DNA of 64,000 nt, from the IMG/VR virus record IMGVR_UViG_3300045975_000444, positions 1 through 64,000 of that record; one strand, written 5' to 3'. Under the pieces are notes generated by a model. That model saw only the letters and a list, made by a program, of their open reading frames with translations. It was not told the DNA's origin and ran no database searches. Origin of the DNA: a virus. Shown here piece after piece: positions 49,187-59,377 of the stretch (its first letter is position 1; the number at the start of each line of letters is the position of its first letter). The translations under genes and the position numbers were made by a program.

Positions 49187-49648
49187 TCACCAGCTCTTGA
49201 GCGCCTGGCGCTGGCGGATGGCCCGGAACATCTCGGCCTCGCTCGGCCCCTCGTCCTCGGCGTCGCGGTTGGCCTCGGCGGCGACCAGCGACACCCATCC
49301 CATCACGTCCAGCCAGAGCTTCTTCGGAATGCGGTACATCCGCAGCGCGTGCTTGTGCATTTTTAGATTGAAGTAAAACTTGGTGACGTCGACGGTCGGG
49401 CTTTTGGGGTCGTCGGGGAAGAGTCGCTTCTTGTCGTCCCGGCGGTTGAGCGAGCCGGAGTCGAACACCCAGCGGTAGATGCCGTAGGCCCGAGCGTCTT
49501 CGCGTGCGAGCGCCCGGAACGGGCACTTCCCGTAGAAGCACACGGCAGCCCCGCCTGCCGATTCCTCGCTCCATTGCTTGCACTCCTGACAGCTCCTCGG
49601 GTTGCCCTGCCGATGGACTAGGCGACAGAGCGACCTGATCCGTTTCCC
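49187..49648 (-). CDS. tail assembly chaperone -1 frameshift extension (gpT-like)
   Basis: -1 frame open from the slippery site (GKRIRSLCRL...CFYGKCPF) to the stop at 49187. Confidence 0.8.
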   Translation of the reverse strand, partial: GKRIRSLCRLVHRQGNPRSCQECKQWSEESAGGAAVCFYGKCPFRALAREDARAYGIYRWVFDSGSLNRRDDKKRLFPDDPKSPTVDVTKFYFNLKMHKHALRMYRIPKKLWLDVMGWVSLVAAEANRDAEDEGPSEAEMFRAIRQRQALKSW

Positions 49649-50136
49649 GATTCGGCCTTGCGCTCGTAGACCCGGTTCACCGATTTGCGCATCGCCGTCA
49701 TCACCGGCTCACGGAAGCGCGCCGGCCAGGCGTTGCGGTACATATGGACGAGCATGTTCGTGTTGAAGCGGATGGTGCGCTTGGGGTCGGCGAGCAGCTC
49801 GTCGATGATCCCGCCCGTGTAGTCCTGGTTGTCGTTGCAGGTCTCGTAGAAGTTGGAGAGGTTCAAGCCCTCCCAGTCGATCACGATCCGCTGGAGAAAC
49901 TCGGCGTCGGCCTCGGCCATCGCCTCGTCGCGGAGCGTGCCTTGGGGAAGCGCCTGCGCCTCGGTGATCTTCTCGATCAGGGAGTCATACGCTCGGACGC
50001 CGAGGCGGCGGATCATCAGCTTGAAGGTGATCCCCGTCTTGGAGTCGGTGTTGATCGGAAGCGGATAGAGCGGGTCGTCGGCCGGTGCCGACGTCACGCC
50101 CTCGCCGAATAGCTCGACTGCACTGAAGGTCTTCAT
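49618..50136 (-). CDS. tail assembly chaperone (gpG-like)
   Basis: IVIDWEGL motif; G GGA AAC slippery heptamer near the 3' end. Confidence 0.85.
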   Translation of the reverse strand: MKTFSAVELFGEGVTSAPADDPLYPLPINTDSKTGITFKLMIRRLGVRAYDSLIEKITEAQALPQGTLRDEAMAEADAEFLQRIVIDWEGLNLSNFYETCNDNQDYTGGIIDELLADPKRTIRFNTNMLVHMYRNAWPARFREPVMTAMRKSVNRVYERKAESGNGSGRSVA

Positions 50137-50306
50137 GCGATCTCACTCCTCCTGTTCTCTATCCCCTCTGTGTGAATGGACCACTTGAGACGCGAAGCGG
50201 CGCGCGGTTACGGGTACGCGCGCCGCCCCTCGCCTCCGAACGAGCGCGCGACGCAAGGCCTTGTCCTGCCGGGAGGGGCCTCGGGCCGCATGGCGCTCGG
50301 GAGTTT

Positions 50307-51347
50307 CTAGGCCTTGTCGAGCGCGTCGAAGTCCAAGAAGAACTCGTTCTGCGCCGTCGCGTTCTGGAGGTTGAACTGGAGCTGATAGAGGAGCCGGTCG
50401 CCGGCGACCGACTTGGTGATGGTCCGCATCTGCGGATGGGTCACCGTGAAGGTGATCAGGTCGTAGGCGTCGGGCGTCTCCAAGGACTTGACCGTGAACG
50501 AGATGGTCTCGGTGACGTCGCCCGCGATGAGGCGCTTGAACGGGTCGTAGTTGTCGAGATTCTTCTCGGCCTCGATGGTGACCGAGAAGGTCGGCGCCCG
50601 GACACCCATCTCGACGCCCGCCAAGCCGTTCTCGGAGGTGGTCTGGGCGAAGTCGGGCCGGTCGTCGATCGTCCAGCCGGAGTTTAGCTCGAAGGTCCGG
50701 GCGAAGAGGTTCGGCTCCAGGTAGTCGCCGTCGACATGGTCCTCGAACTTCATGCCGGTCTTCATCAACCGGACGGCGCGGTTGGCCGGGAGGGTCGGGG
50801 TCGGCGGTGTGGCGTCGGAGACGATCTCGCGCACCTGGCCGGTGATGTCGAAGGCGAGCCGGATCGACTTGCCGGCGTCGCCCGAGATCCGGCAGTTGGC
50901 AAGCGCGCCCGCCAGAATCTGGCGGACCTCCTCGTTGTAGACGCCGACCCGGCCCGACTCGTAGTCCTTGTCGCGGAACTTGTAGCGGTGCCGCGTCCGG
51001 GCGGGCGGCCCGACGATCGCCGACGGCGCCACCGCCTCCATGCCCGCCATGCGAAGGAGCGTGTCGAAGTAGGGCTTCAGCCCCGGCCCGGTCGCCGCCG
51101 GCTGGCCGCCGCCCTGGAGCAAGACCTCGACCGACGACCGCCCGCGCGTGATCCCCGGAACCTGGCGCTGCGGCGTCTTGGTCCCGGTCAGCGGCTGGAC
51201 GTCGTCGAACTCCTGCTCGACCGTGTAGGCCGCGGCCGGGTCGCCGTAGACCAGCATCGCCTCGGTCCCGACCGGGAACGTCCCCGGCGTCGCCTCGGCA
51301 TAGACGGTCTCCATCTCCGCATAGATCGAAGTTATACGAGCCGGCAT
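50307..51347 (-). CDS. major tail tube protein
   Basis: Beta-rich; METVY, LLRMAGM; position before the chaperone. Confidence 0.8.
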   Translation of the reverse strand: MPARITSIYAEMETVYAEATPGTFPVGTEAMLVYGDPAAAYTVEQEFDDVQPLTGTKTPQRQVPGITRGRSSVEVLLQGGGQPAATGPGLKPYFDTLLRMAGMEAVAPSAIVGPPARTRHRYKFRDKDYESGRVGVYNEEVRQILAGALANCRISGDAGKSIRLAFDITGQVREIVSDATPPTPTLPANRAVRLMKTGMKFEDHVDGDYLEPNLFARTFELNSGWTIDDRPDFAQTTSENGLAGVEMGVRAPTFSVTIEAEKNLDNYDPFKRLIAGDVTETISFTVKSLETPDAYDLITFTVTHPQMRTITKSVAGDRLLYQLQFNLQNATAQNEFFLDFDALDKA

Positions 51348-51485
51348 CGCGTCCTCCTCGCGGCGCCCGGAGGGATGTCCGGGCCGTGTGCGACGAGGCT
51401 CGCGCAGTGCGGCAGGGTTACTAAACCAGCGAGATGGAGGCGGTGAAGTAGGACACGATGGGCCGGCGTGATACGAGAGACGTGG

Positions 51486-52109
51486 ATGCCGACCCTACGG
51501 TGCGAGAACTGCGGAGCACCTTTCCGGGTGAAGCCATCCGCCGTCGCCGCGGCCCGATTCTGCTCGCGGCGATGCAGAGCGAAGGCGCGGGGGGTCGAGC
51601 ACCTCGCCGCGATGAAGCGCGGCCAGCCGGCGCTCAACGCCGCTGGGCTAACGAAGCGCTGTGCCCGGTGCGGCCGTGAGTTTCCGGTCCCGCCGAGCAA
51701 ATTCGAGGCGAGGCGGCATTGCAGCAAGGAGTGCTACGACATCGCCCAACGGGTTCGACCCTGGATGAAGGCGTGCCCCCAATGTGGCCGCGACTTCACG
51801 CCCGCACACGGCACCCAGCTCTACTGCGATCGGCGTTGCTACCACGACGCTGACCGGGCACCAGCTCGGCCACCCTACCTCCGGGTCGGAGTCGACGGGC
51901 GACTCGCGCTGGTACACCGCCACCTCATGGAGCAGCACCTCGGCCGGCGGCTAGCCCGGTCCGAGCACGTGCATCACATCAACGGCAACACGCGCGACAA
52001 CCGCCTGGAGAACCTGCGGGTCCTCTCGGCATCCGAGCACATGCGCCTGAGTAAGCAGGAGAACGCCCGGCGCCGCCGCGCCGCTATTTCCCTTGCTTCT
52101 CCTTCTTAG
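51486..52109 (+). CDS. HNH endonuclease with Zn fingers, antisense in the tail operon
   Basis: Three CxxCG..F repeats; [12 protein letters not shown]...[18 protein letters not shown]. Confidence 0.9.
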   Translation: MPTLRCENCGAPFRVKPSAVAAARFCSRRCRAKARGVEHLAAMKRGQPALNAAGLTKRCARCGREFPVPPSKFEARRHCSKECYDIAQRVRPWMKACPQCGRDFTPAHGTQLYCDRRCYHDADRAPARPPYLRVGVDGRLALVHRHLMEQHLGRRLARSEHVHHINGNTRDNRLENLRVLSASEHMRLSKQENARRRRAAISLASPS

Positions 52110-52227
52110 CCCTACGAGCGGTATCCAGGGCGGCCGCGACGGCCTGCTTGGTGGGGTAACCCTCCTTGCGCATCTTGCTGATGTTCTCGGACACGGTCTT
52201 CTGACTCGATCCCTTCTTGAGCGGCAT
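52084..52227 (-). CDS. small basic phage protein; not in the ORF track
   Basis: [47 protein letters not shown] with GGGGGAG RBS. Confidence 0.7.
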   Translation of the reverse strand: MPLKKGSSQKTVSENISKMRKEGYPTKQAVAAALDTARRAKKEKQGK

Positions 52228-52236
52228 GTCTCCCCC

Positions 52237-52746
52237 TCAGATCCCCCTCGGATCGTCTACATCCCTGTCGATTTCGCATCTCAGCCCAAGATAACCGTCC
52301 ACGACCCCATCCGGCGCAAGCCCGAGGTTCACTGCCGACCCGGTCTCGAACGAGTCGATCACGACCTCCTCGTCGCCGTAGCCGTCGGCGCGCGGCGCCA
52401 GGAACGTGTAGCCCCGGCCAATCGCCCGCTGGAGGTCGCCGAGAATGTCGGTCGCGACCCGGACCTTGTCGTCGCCGCGCGCCTGGTAGGGCACGTTGAA
52501 GTTCAAGACGATGTGGATCTTGTCGCGGATACGGCTGCCCGAGTAGGCCGGCGTCTCGTCGGCCGAGAAGTAGATCTTCACGTTCGGCATCGGCAGGGTC
52601 TCGGGCGCGTCGACCGCGGCGACGATGCGCGCGCGCGGGACCGTCACGTGATAGCCGTCTACCCCCGAGACGAGCTTCTCGGCGAGCCGGTCCTTCATCG
52701 CCTCGATGGCGCGGTGGCGGATCGTGCCGTTGAAGTCGAGCGCCAT
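52237..52746 (-). CDS. tail terminator-like protein
   Basis: Position and size. Confidence 0.6.
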   Translation of the reverse strand: MALDFNGTIRHRAIEAMKDRLAEKLVSGVDGYHVTVPRARIVAAVDAPETLPMPNVKIYFSADETPAYSGSRIRDKIHIVLNFNVPYQARGDDKVRVATDILGDLQRAIGRGYTFLAPRADGYGDEEVVIDSFETGSAVNLGLAPDGVVDGYLGLRCEIDRDVDDPRGI

Positions 52747-52755
52747 CGCCCCACC

Positions 52756-53313
52756 TCACTCCGCCGCGTCGAAGGCGCCCTGCATCGCGCCCGAGAAGAC
52801 CGCGACGCCCTCGTCCATCTTCTGCTGGATGACCCAATTCAAGTACCCGTGGCCGGCGTGCGGCGGGTGATAGACCTGGCCCTTGAGCGCCGCGACCGGG
52901 CCGCCCAAGGTCTTCGAGCCGGGGTCGTAGGCGAGCGCCACGCCGCCGCCCGAGCGACCCATCAGCTTGACGGTCGGGCCGAAGCCGCCGCCGCCACCCT
53001 TGGCGAACGGAATCCACAGCAGCGGGCCGACCTGAGCGCGCGCCGAATGGACGTAGGGGAACCAGTTCTTGGCGCGAATCCAGCCGCCGAACTCGGCGAT
53101 CCGCCACCATGGAGGGAGCGGCTCGTGGACCGGGCCGATGATCACCGACAGCTCCTCCCTAAACCAGCCGATCGACGCTTTCAGGCGCTGGCCCGGCGCC
53201 TCGGCCTTGACCTCCTCGGCGAAGAAGGCGGCCATCGCTTCGAGGCCGGCGATCGCGCCCGAGCGAAGGATCGCGGCGAGCTGCTCGCCGACGTTGGGCG
53301 TCCCGTTCGCCAT
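52756..53313 (-). CDS. tail completion/neck protein (HK97 gp10-like)
   Basis: APGQRLKASI...AEFGG...VYHP. Confidence 0.65.
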   Translation of the reverse strand: MANGTPNVGEQLAAILRSGAIAGLEAMAAFFAEEVKAEAPGQRLKASIGWFREELSVIIGPVHEPLPPWWRIAEFGGWIRAKNWFPYVHSARAQVGPLLWIPFAKGGGGGFGPTVKLMGRSGGGVALAYDPGSKTLGGPVAALKGQVYHPPHAGHGYLNWVIQQKMDEGVAVFSGAMQGAFDAAE

Positions 53314-54341
53314 CAGGAGAGCCTGCGGTGGCGGTCGAAGCACTCCTGCACCTCGGGCAGGAGGAACGACTGGCGCATGACGAAGTTGGTCGACGCGCCG
53401 GGCTGCGCGCCCGAGGTGTACGAGGTCACGCCGAGCCGGTGCTCGTTTTGGAGGATGAAGCCGACCTGAAGCGCGGCCATCTGGCGGAGGTCGCGCGGCA
53501 GGCCGCCGGTCGCGACCGCCATGCCGCCGGTGTACTCGACGTAGACGTGGCAGCCCTGCCAGCCGGGGAACGAGAGCCGTCCGGTCTGGGCGTCGATGTC
53601 GGCGTCCGCCGGAAGGCCAGCGGGAAGCGCCTCCCAGTCGGGGTCGGTCGGGTCGCCCTCGGCCGCGGCGAAGCCGAAGGAGAGCACCTCGTCGATCGGG
53701 TAGCGCCTGAGCCTCACCGTCCGCCGGCCGCCCGAGCGGGCGCCGCCGGTCGAGAGCGGGATCACCTCGCGCTCGGGCGCCGAGGCATCGAGCTTCAGGA
53801 TCTTCCTGGACGCGTACTCCTCGAAGAACTCGGTCACCGCCGCGATCCAGACCGGCGCGCGCGAGTCGAAGGTCTCCGACCAGGCCGTGAAGATGGCCTT
53901 CACGTCGGAGGTCGTGCAGATCATCGGCCGGCGCCAGAGGAGGAGGCGGTGCTCGGCGATCGCCTCTTGCGGGACGGTCGTCCCCGCCATGGTGTGGCGC
54001 ACCCGGAAGATGGCCGAGAACTCGCCGATGTCGGCCCGCGGGTCGGCGACTGTCGTATCGGCCGACGAGAAGTCCCAGGCGATCGCGCCGTCGGGCGAGC
54101 CGATGGTCACGCCATGGTCGCCCGGAACGAACACCCCGGCCTCGGCGAACTTCCACATGTTGGCCGTCAGCGGGTCGGATGGGTCGCGGCCGTTGACGAT
54201 CTCGCCGGTCGACTCGTCGCGCAGCTCGATGGTCCCGAGGAGGATATTGGCAAGCGGCACGGGCGCCCGGTTTCGATCCTCGATCACCCCGGACCAGAAG
54301 CCCGACTGCCCCTCGCGATAGACGGCGAGCGTGTCCAGCAT
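53313..54341 (-). CDS. head-tail adaptor with N-terminal extra domain
   Basis: LRRYPI...VEYTGG...LPRDLRQ...LLPEVQECFDRHR. Confidence 0.75.
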   Translation of the reverse strand: MLDTLAVYREGQSGFWSGVIEDRNRAPVPLANILLGTIELRDESTGEIVNGRDPSDPLTANMWKFAEAGVFVPGDHGVTIGSPDGAIAWDFSSADTTVADPRADIGEFSAIFRVRHTMAGTTVPQEAIAEHRLLLWRRPMICTTSDVKAIFTAWSETFDSRAPVWIAAVTEFFEEYASRKILKLDASAPEREVIPLSTGGARSGGRRTVRLRRYPIDEVLSFGFAAAEGDPTDPDWEALPAGLPADADIDAQTGRLSFPGWQGCHVYVEYTGGMAVATGGLPRDLRQMAALQVGFILQNEHRLGVTSYTSGAQPGASTNFVMRQSFLLPEVQECFDRHRRLS

Positions 54342-54375
54342 TGCGGGCGAGCGTGCCCGCGCCCGCGAGGGTTTC

Positions 54376-54901
54376 TTAGCGCTGGAGCGCGGGCGCGGTC
54401 CGGAGCACCTCCAAGGCGTGATCCATCTTGGCTTCGAGTCGGCCGATCGCCCGCGCGTTGTCGTCGCCCCGCTCGTAGATCGTCGTGATGACCGCCTGGA
54501 AGTCACGGTCGCGCTGCTGGAGCCCGCCGGTCGCCCAGATGACCGCGCCGCCGAAGATGAACATCGCCGTGAACGCCGCGGCGTCGATCAGCCGGTGGAG
54601 CCGGTAGCTCCGCTCCAGCCGGTCGATCCGCTCCTCCAGGGTCTCGGGCATCTCACGGCGCCCTCTTCATCTGATCGACCTCGGAGCGGAGTGCGGCGAC
54701 GTCGGCCATCGCCTTGGAGAGGTTCCGACCCATCTCGATCGTCTCGTCCGAGCCCTCGCCCTGGCGAAGCCTGACCCCGAGGATCGCGAGCGCGAGCACG
54801 AAGATCGCCAGGATACCGACCACCCGCATCGCCCTGACCGTCGCTTCGAGGGCGCCGAGCCGATCGGTCCCGTTGCTGTCGCCGTTGCCGTTCTCGGCCA
54901 T
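54376..54901 (-). other. two small TM/coiled-coil proteins (54376-54651, 54653-54901), holin candidates
   Basis: Single TM each followed by a coiled coil. Confidence 0.5.
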
Positions 54902-54914
54902 CTTCGTCCCCCCT

Positions 54915-55880
54915 TCAAGGCGCGATCGTCGCCGGGTCGGCGGTGCAGTCGGCCGGGAGCGTGCAGCTCCCACAGTCGGTCGTCCGCCGCCCGGTGCCGG
55001 TGAAGGTCGTGCCGCTACAGGTGCAGGCGGAGTTGTCGACCCCGCACGAGCAGATCTTGCAGAGCGCGGTGTCGGCGAGGACCGCCGCCTCCCAGCCACA
55101 GTCGTCGAAGTTGCCGGCCGCGGTCGAGCCGTGGCCGCCGGTCCCGATCCCGAACTTGGTCGCCGAGGCGTCGCTCAGGGTTGCGCTGGTCGCCGCGGTG
55201 GCGACGTTGAGGGTCGACGACCCGGTCCACCTGTTCAGGCGCATGGTCGTCGCGCCCGAGGCACTCCGCCCGCGCCAGGCAATGAAACTCCAGCCGGTCG
55301 GCGTGGCCGACCAGATGTTCGCGATGGCCGGCGTCACCGCGTTCTCGCTCCCACCGAGGTCCTCGGCGCCGGTGTTGACCAGGAGATAGAGATCGTAGCC
55401 CGCTCCCGTCTGCCACTTGCCCACGAGGGTCGAGTTCGAGGCAACCGAGGACAGGTTGACCCAACACCAGACCGTCAGGTTGTCCGAGGCCGGGGAAGCC
55501 AGATCGGTCGTGGCCGGAGCTTGGAGAGCTTGCGTGCTCGTGAACTGAACCGACTGAGCACCCGCGATGAACGTCGACGTGGAGTAAGTCGGGCTCCCTA
55601 CGTTGACGAGGTCGACCGCCGTCGCGCCCGTGCAGGCATCGTTCGCATTGCCCTCCATGGGCCAGCAGTGGTCGATGAGCGTGGCCCAGTTCCCCGGAGG
55701 CGTCGGGGTCGGGGTCGGGGTTGGGCTGGGCGTCGGGGTTGGGGTCGGGCTAGGCGATGGAGTCGGCGTCGGCCCCTCGTCGGCGATCAGGACCGTCGAG
55801 TCGGAGCACTCGGCGCCGCGCGCGATGACCGCCAGCGCGAGCAGCGCGAGCAGCGCGAGCGAGATCGCGAGCCCCCTCAA
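54915..55880 (-). CDS. signal-peptide LamG/concanavalin-like protein, Cys-rich
   Basis: TTG start coupled to the upstream stop; MRGLAISLALLALLALAVIARGA; PT linker; WPMEGNAND, LTVWCWVN; eight Cys in the C-terminal tail. Confidence 0.8.
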   Translation of the reverse strand: MRGLAISLALLALLALAVIARGAECSDSTVLIADEGPTPTPSPSPTPTPTPSPTPTPTPTPPGNWATLIDHCWPMEGNANDACTGATAVDLVNVGSPTYSTSTFIAGAQSVQFTSTQALQAPATTDLASPASDNLTVWCWVNLSSVASNSTLVGKWQTGAGYDLYLLVNTGAEDLGGSENAVTPAIANIWSATPTGWSFIAWRGRSASGATTMRLNRWTGSSTLNVATAATSATLSDASATKFGIGTGGHGSTAAGNFDDCGWEAAVLADTALCKICSCGVDNSACTCSGTTFTGTGRRTTDCGSCTLPADCTADPATIAP

Positions 55881-56044
55881 TTCAGGTCCTCGGGTAGGCG
55901 GGCGATCCGGTTCGAGTAGCGGGCCAGCTCCTCGTCGGTCAGGTGCTCTTCGAGGCGCCGCCCGCAGATGAGGCACGCCGAGACGACGGTCCGGCCGTCC
56001 CTTTCGCCGAGCTTCTCGAACTCGCCTGGGCATTCCCTTCGCAT
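55877..56044 (-). CDS. small Zn-ribbon protein
   Basis: CPGEF...CLICG...H. Confidence 0.5.
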   Translation of the reverse strand: MRRECPGEFEKLGERDGRTVVSACLICGRRLEEHLTDEELARYSNRIARLPEDLN

Positions 56045-56082
56045 CGATCGACCTCGCGCGGCCGGCCTGACCGCCGAGTCGG

Positions 56083-58566
56083 TCAGCCGTCGTACTGAGC
56101 GCATACCAGCACGTCGCAGGTTGCGGTCGGTGAGTTCGTCACCTTCAGGTAGACGACCTCGCGGGCCTGGACCTGCCGTGCCGACGTGAACGCGAGCCAG
56201 GTGGCCGAGGTGCCGCTGTCGCAGACGAGCGAGCCGCCCGAGCCGATCTGGTTCGCGCTCTGATCCTCCAGGCGGACGTGCGGCACGGTCCCGCAAGTGT
56301 CGAAGTGGTTGCACTTGAGCGCCCATACCTCGGCCCCGGTGTCGGGCGCCGCCCAGAAGGGCCGGAGTGTGGAGCTGGAGACGTTGTCGACGGCGACGCA
56401 CATCATGCGCGGCAGGTCGTGCCAAACGCCCATCGCGGTGTCCCAGTTCTCGACGTAGGCGCCGGCCGTCCGAGTCCAGCCGTTCCCGCCAATGGTGATG
56501 TTGCCGTACTTCGACGGCAGCGCCGGGTCGAAGGTGATGAGGGTCTGGGTCGAGGCCGAGTCGGTGAACTGGTTGCCGCTGATCGTGACGCTGCCGATCG
56601 CCGCCGATTCCGACGTGAGCCCGGCGCCGTCCATGTCGATGAAGTCGCCGGTCGACGAGACGCAGTTGAAGAACGTGTTGCCGGTGATCGCGACATTGCC
56701 CGTGTAGCCGGAATCGGCAACGCAGCGGGTCGCGCCACCGCAGTCGGCCACCTCGGTCGCAACCGTGCAGAACTTGCGGACGTTGGCGCCCGACGAGGTG
56801 TCGCAGTGCATGCCCCGGTCGGCGAAGGCAAGGCAGCGCGGCGCCCCGGAGGTATGGAAGAAGTTGCCCGAGATGGTCCCGTGGTTTGCAATGGCACCGT
56901 AGGTCCGGTTGTCACCGTACCAGACGAGCGCGCTCATGGCGGCATTACCCCAGGCGATCCGGTTGCCCGTCAGAGTCCACCCGGTCCCCATCACGACCGC
57001 GGTTACGTACTGGGCGAACATCGTGTTGTCGTTGATCACGATATTGATCAGCGCATCGTATTCGGTGCCCGTCTGGGTCGGGGCGATCGCGTATTGTCCG
57101 CGCATGAAGACGCAGCTCGTGATCATCGAGGTGTTGTTCGCCCCGGCGCTGCCGACCTTGATGTGGTAGCGGTCGGTACCTTCGGTCGCGTTCGAGACGT
57201 CCCCGTAGCAGCCGGTGATGTTGTTGTGGTTGCCCGAGAGAGCGATCCCGGTCGCGCTCGCGCCGGTCAGGTCCCAGTAGTTGCCCGAGTGGGTGATGTT
57301 GCCCCGCCCGCGGAGATCGAAGCCGATCGCGCTGGCGCCACTGACCGCGACGTGGTTGGCGATGACCTGCACCGAGTCGGCCTCGACGTCGATGCCGATG
57401 CTCGTGGCGAGGCTCGCGCTGACGACGTTGGTCACGACGCGAGCGCCGTCAGCGTCGGCCTTGATGCCGATCGCGCTGCCGGAGACGGCGTTATCCTTGA
57501 CGACCCCGCCCGATTCGATGCCGACCGTGTCGCAGTTGATGACGCTATTGTCGCGGACGTAGATCGTGCCGATGATCACACTGACCGAGATCCCGGTCTC
57601 GGTCGGCGTCCCCGAGCCGGAGCACGCGATATCGTTGTCGTCGACGAGCTGGATACCGAGCGTGTCGGAGATGTCGACCAGTTTGAAGGTGCCCGCGGTC
57701 GCCGCCCCGGTGATCTTGTTGCCGCGGAAGTGGCTACTCTCGCCGCCCGAGGCGACCTTCATCGCCGAGGTCGCCTTGCCATTCATGTCGAAGGTGCAGC
57801 CGACGATGCGGACCAGGGTCTTGGAGGTGCCGACGAAGAGGCCCGCGGTGTAGGAGGCGCCGGTCGCCTTGAAGCCGCCACCGCGGGCGCAGACGACGCT
57901 GACCTTCGACTCCATCTGGACGTCCGAGGCGATCGCGCACGTCTTCCCGGCCGGGACGAGGATCGCGCCGCCCACCGCCGTCAGGTCGTCGAAGGCGGTG
58001 TTGAAAGCCGCCGAGTCGTCGGTCGCCCCGTCGCAGACCGCGCCCCACGTCCGGATGTCCCGGCCTGCTGGCATCGAGTAGGGCATGGCATTGCCCGATA
58101 GGTCCCCCTGGTAGATGTCGCCCGGCCCGACACCGTCGAACTCGGCCTGTGTCAGGACGTCGGCCGGCGTGTAGCTCGGCCCGAGCCAGACCTCGCCCGC
58201 GGCGAGGGCGCCCAGGCCGACCGCGCTCGGCAGGCAGGTCTGTCCCGACCCGCACCAGGTGTCGGCGTCGGCTGGGCAGTCGCTGCCGTCGGCCTTGCAG
58301 ATGGTCGCATCGACGTCGGCCGAGGAGAGCGAGCCGTCTTGGACCGAGGTGCCGTCGACCGTGTCGGCCGGGAGGGTCGCCTTGCAGCCGACGACCGTGT
58401 CGCCCACGTCCTGGGCCAGGACGGCGGGCGGCGTGCAGGCCAGCTCGATTGCCGAGCCGGGGTTTGGCGAGCGCTTGAAGAGCGGCCCGAACTCGGTCGC
58501 CCATGCGGGCGCGGCCAGCGTCAGAGCCAGCGCCGCGAGGAGCCGTCGCCGACCGCAGGTCCGCAT
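56083..58566 (-). CDS. signal-peptide beta-helix tailspike/depolymerase-like protein
   Basis: RRRLLAALALTLAAPAWA; WGAVCDGATDDSAAF; repeated ITGN/ISGN beta-helix rungs. Confidence 0.85.
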   Translation of the reverse strand: MRTCGRRRLLAALALTLAAPAWATEFGPLFKRSPNPGSAIELACTPPAVLAQDVGDTVVGCKATLPADTVDGTSVQDGSLSSADVDATICKADGSDCPADADTWCGSGQTCLPSAVGLGALAAGEVWLGPSYTPADVLTQAEFDGVGPGDIYQGDLSGNAMPYSMPAGRDIRTWGAVCDGATDDSAAFNTAFDDLTAVGGAILVPAGKTCAIASDVQMESKVSVVCARGGGFKATGASYTAGLFVGTSKTLVRIVGCTFDMNGKATSAMKVASGGESSHFRGNKITGAATAGTFKLVDISDTLGIQLVDDNDIACSGSGTPTETGISVSVIIGTIYVRDNSVINCDTVGIESGGVVKDNAVSGSAIGIKADADGARVVTNVVSASLATSIGIDVEADSVQVIANHVAVSGASAIGFDLRGRGNITHSGNYWDLTGASATGIALSGNHNNITGCYGDVSNATEGTDRYHIKVGSAGANNTSMITSCVFMRGQYAIAPTQTGTEYDALINIVINDNTMFAQYVTAVVMGTGWTLTGNRIAWGNAAMSALVWYGDNRTYGAIANHGTISGNFFHTSGAPRCLAFADRGMHCDTSSGANVRKFCTVATEVADCGGATRCVADSGYTGNVAITGNTFFNCVSSTGDFIDMDGAGLTSESAAIGSVTISGNQFTDSASTQTLITFDPALPSKYGNITIGGNGWTRTAGAYVENWDTAMGVWHDLPRMMCVAVDNVSSSTLRPFWAAPDTGAEVWALKCNHFDTCGTVPHVRLEDQSANQIGSGGSLVCDSGTSATWLAFTSARQVQAREVVYLKVTNSPTATCDVLVCAQYDG

Positions 58567-58570
58567 CGGC

Positions 58571-59377
58571 TCACCCGGTGATCTGCGCGGTGCAGTTGAG
58601 ATAGCCGTCGACCATGGCCGAGGCGCCGGCCGTCACCTCCATGGAGATGCAGTTGTTCGACCCGAGCGTCTTCGGGGCGTTGGTGCCTGCTCCAACAGAG
58701 AAGGCGGTCGTCGCGATCGCCGAGGTCGAGCCGTCACAGGTGAGCGCCCCCGAGCACGCCCCGGTGCAGACCTTGGCCGTCGACGTCGCCGTCTGGCCGA
58801 TGGTCATCAGGCAGTCGAGGTTATTGATCGTCCCCGAGCGGACCGGCGTCCGGCACTTCGCCTCGGTGTCGCAGATCCGCCCGCCAGGGGCGACGTAGAA
58901 CTTCCCACCCGCGGTGAGGTTGGTCGTGGATAAGTCGGCCGTGAACGAGACTACCGAGGGATAGGGCGACGGCGGCGCTACCCCGGCGGCGATCCAGTCG
59001 AGGTCGCAGCCGGCTTGCGCGCCCGTCGAGGAGAGCACCTCACCGGCGGCTCCCTTCGGGAGGCGGACGATGTTGGTCCCGTCGTAGCAGAAGAGATCGC
59101 CGTCGACGGCGGTCGCGGTGTCGAAGAGGGCATTCAAGCTCGCCTGCCTCGACGTCTGTCCGGTGCCGCCCAAGGTGAACGGAATGGGCGACGTGATCCC
59201 GATCGTGTCGACGTCGACCCGACCGAGCGGCGACTGGAGGTCTTGAGCGCGCGCCGGGGCGGGCGCGAGCAAGAGGACCGACGAGAAGGAGAGCGCGGCG
59301 ACAACCGCGCCCGATGGCCTGGTCGTCGCCCACACCCGAAGTCCCTGGAGGACCTGCGGTCGGCAATGCTCATTCAT
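58571..59377 (-). CDS. signal-peptide fibre-like protein, Cys-rich
   Basis: VVAALSFSSVLLLAPAPARA; fibre motifs PFTLGGTG and GDLFCYDG..RLPKGAAGEVL. Confidence 0.75.
   Translation of the reverse strand: MNEHCRPQVLQGLRVWATTRPSGAVVAALSFSSVLLLAPAPARAQDLQSPLGRVDVDTIGITSPIPFTLGGTGQTSRQASLNALFDTATAVDGDLFCYDGTNIVRLPKGAAGEVLSSTGAQAGCDLDWIAAGVAPPSPYPSVVSFTADLSTTNLTAGGKFYVAPGGRICDTEAKCRTPVRSGTINNLDCLMTIGQTATSTAKVCTGACSGALTCDGSTSAIATTAFSVGAGTNAPKTLGSNNCISMEVTAGASAMVDGYLNCTAQITG

Noticed and set aside
54376-54901. Complete lysis cassette
   Set aside because: Only TM proteins are seen; no endolysin motif was recognised in the window
55698-55775. GGGGTC/GGGGTT repeats as a DNA element
   Set aside because: They simply encode the Pro-Thr linker of the LamG protein
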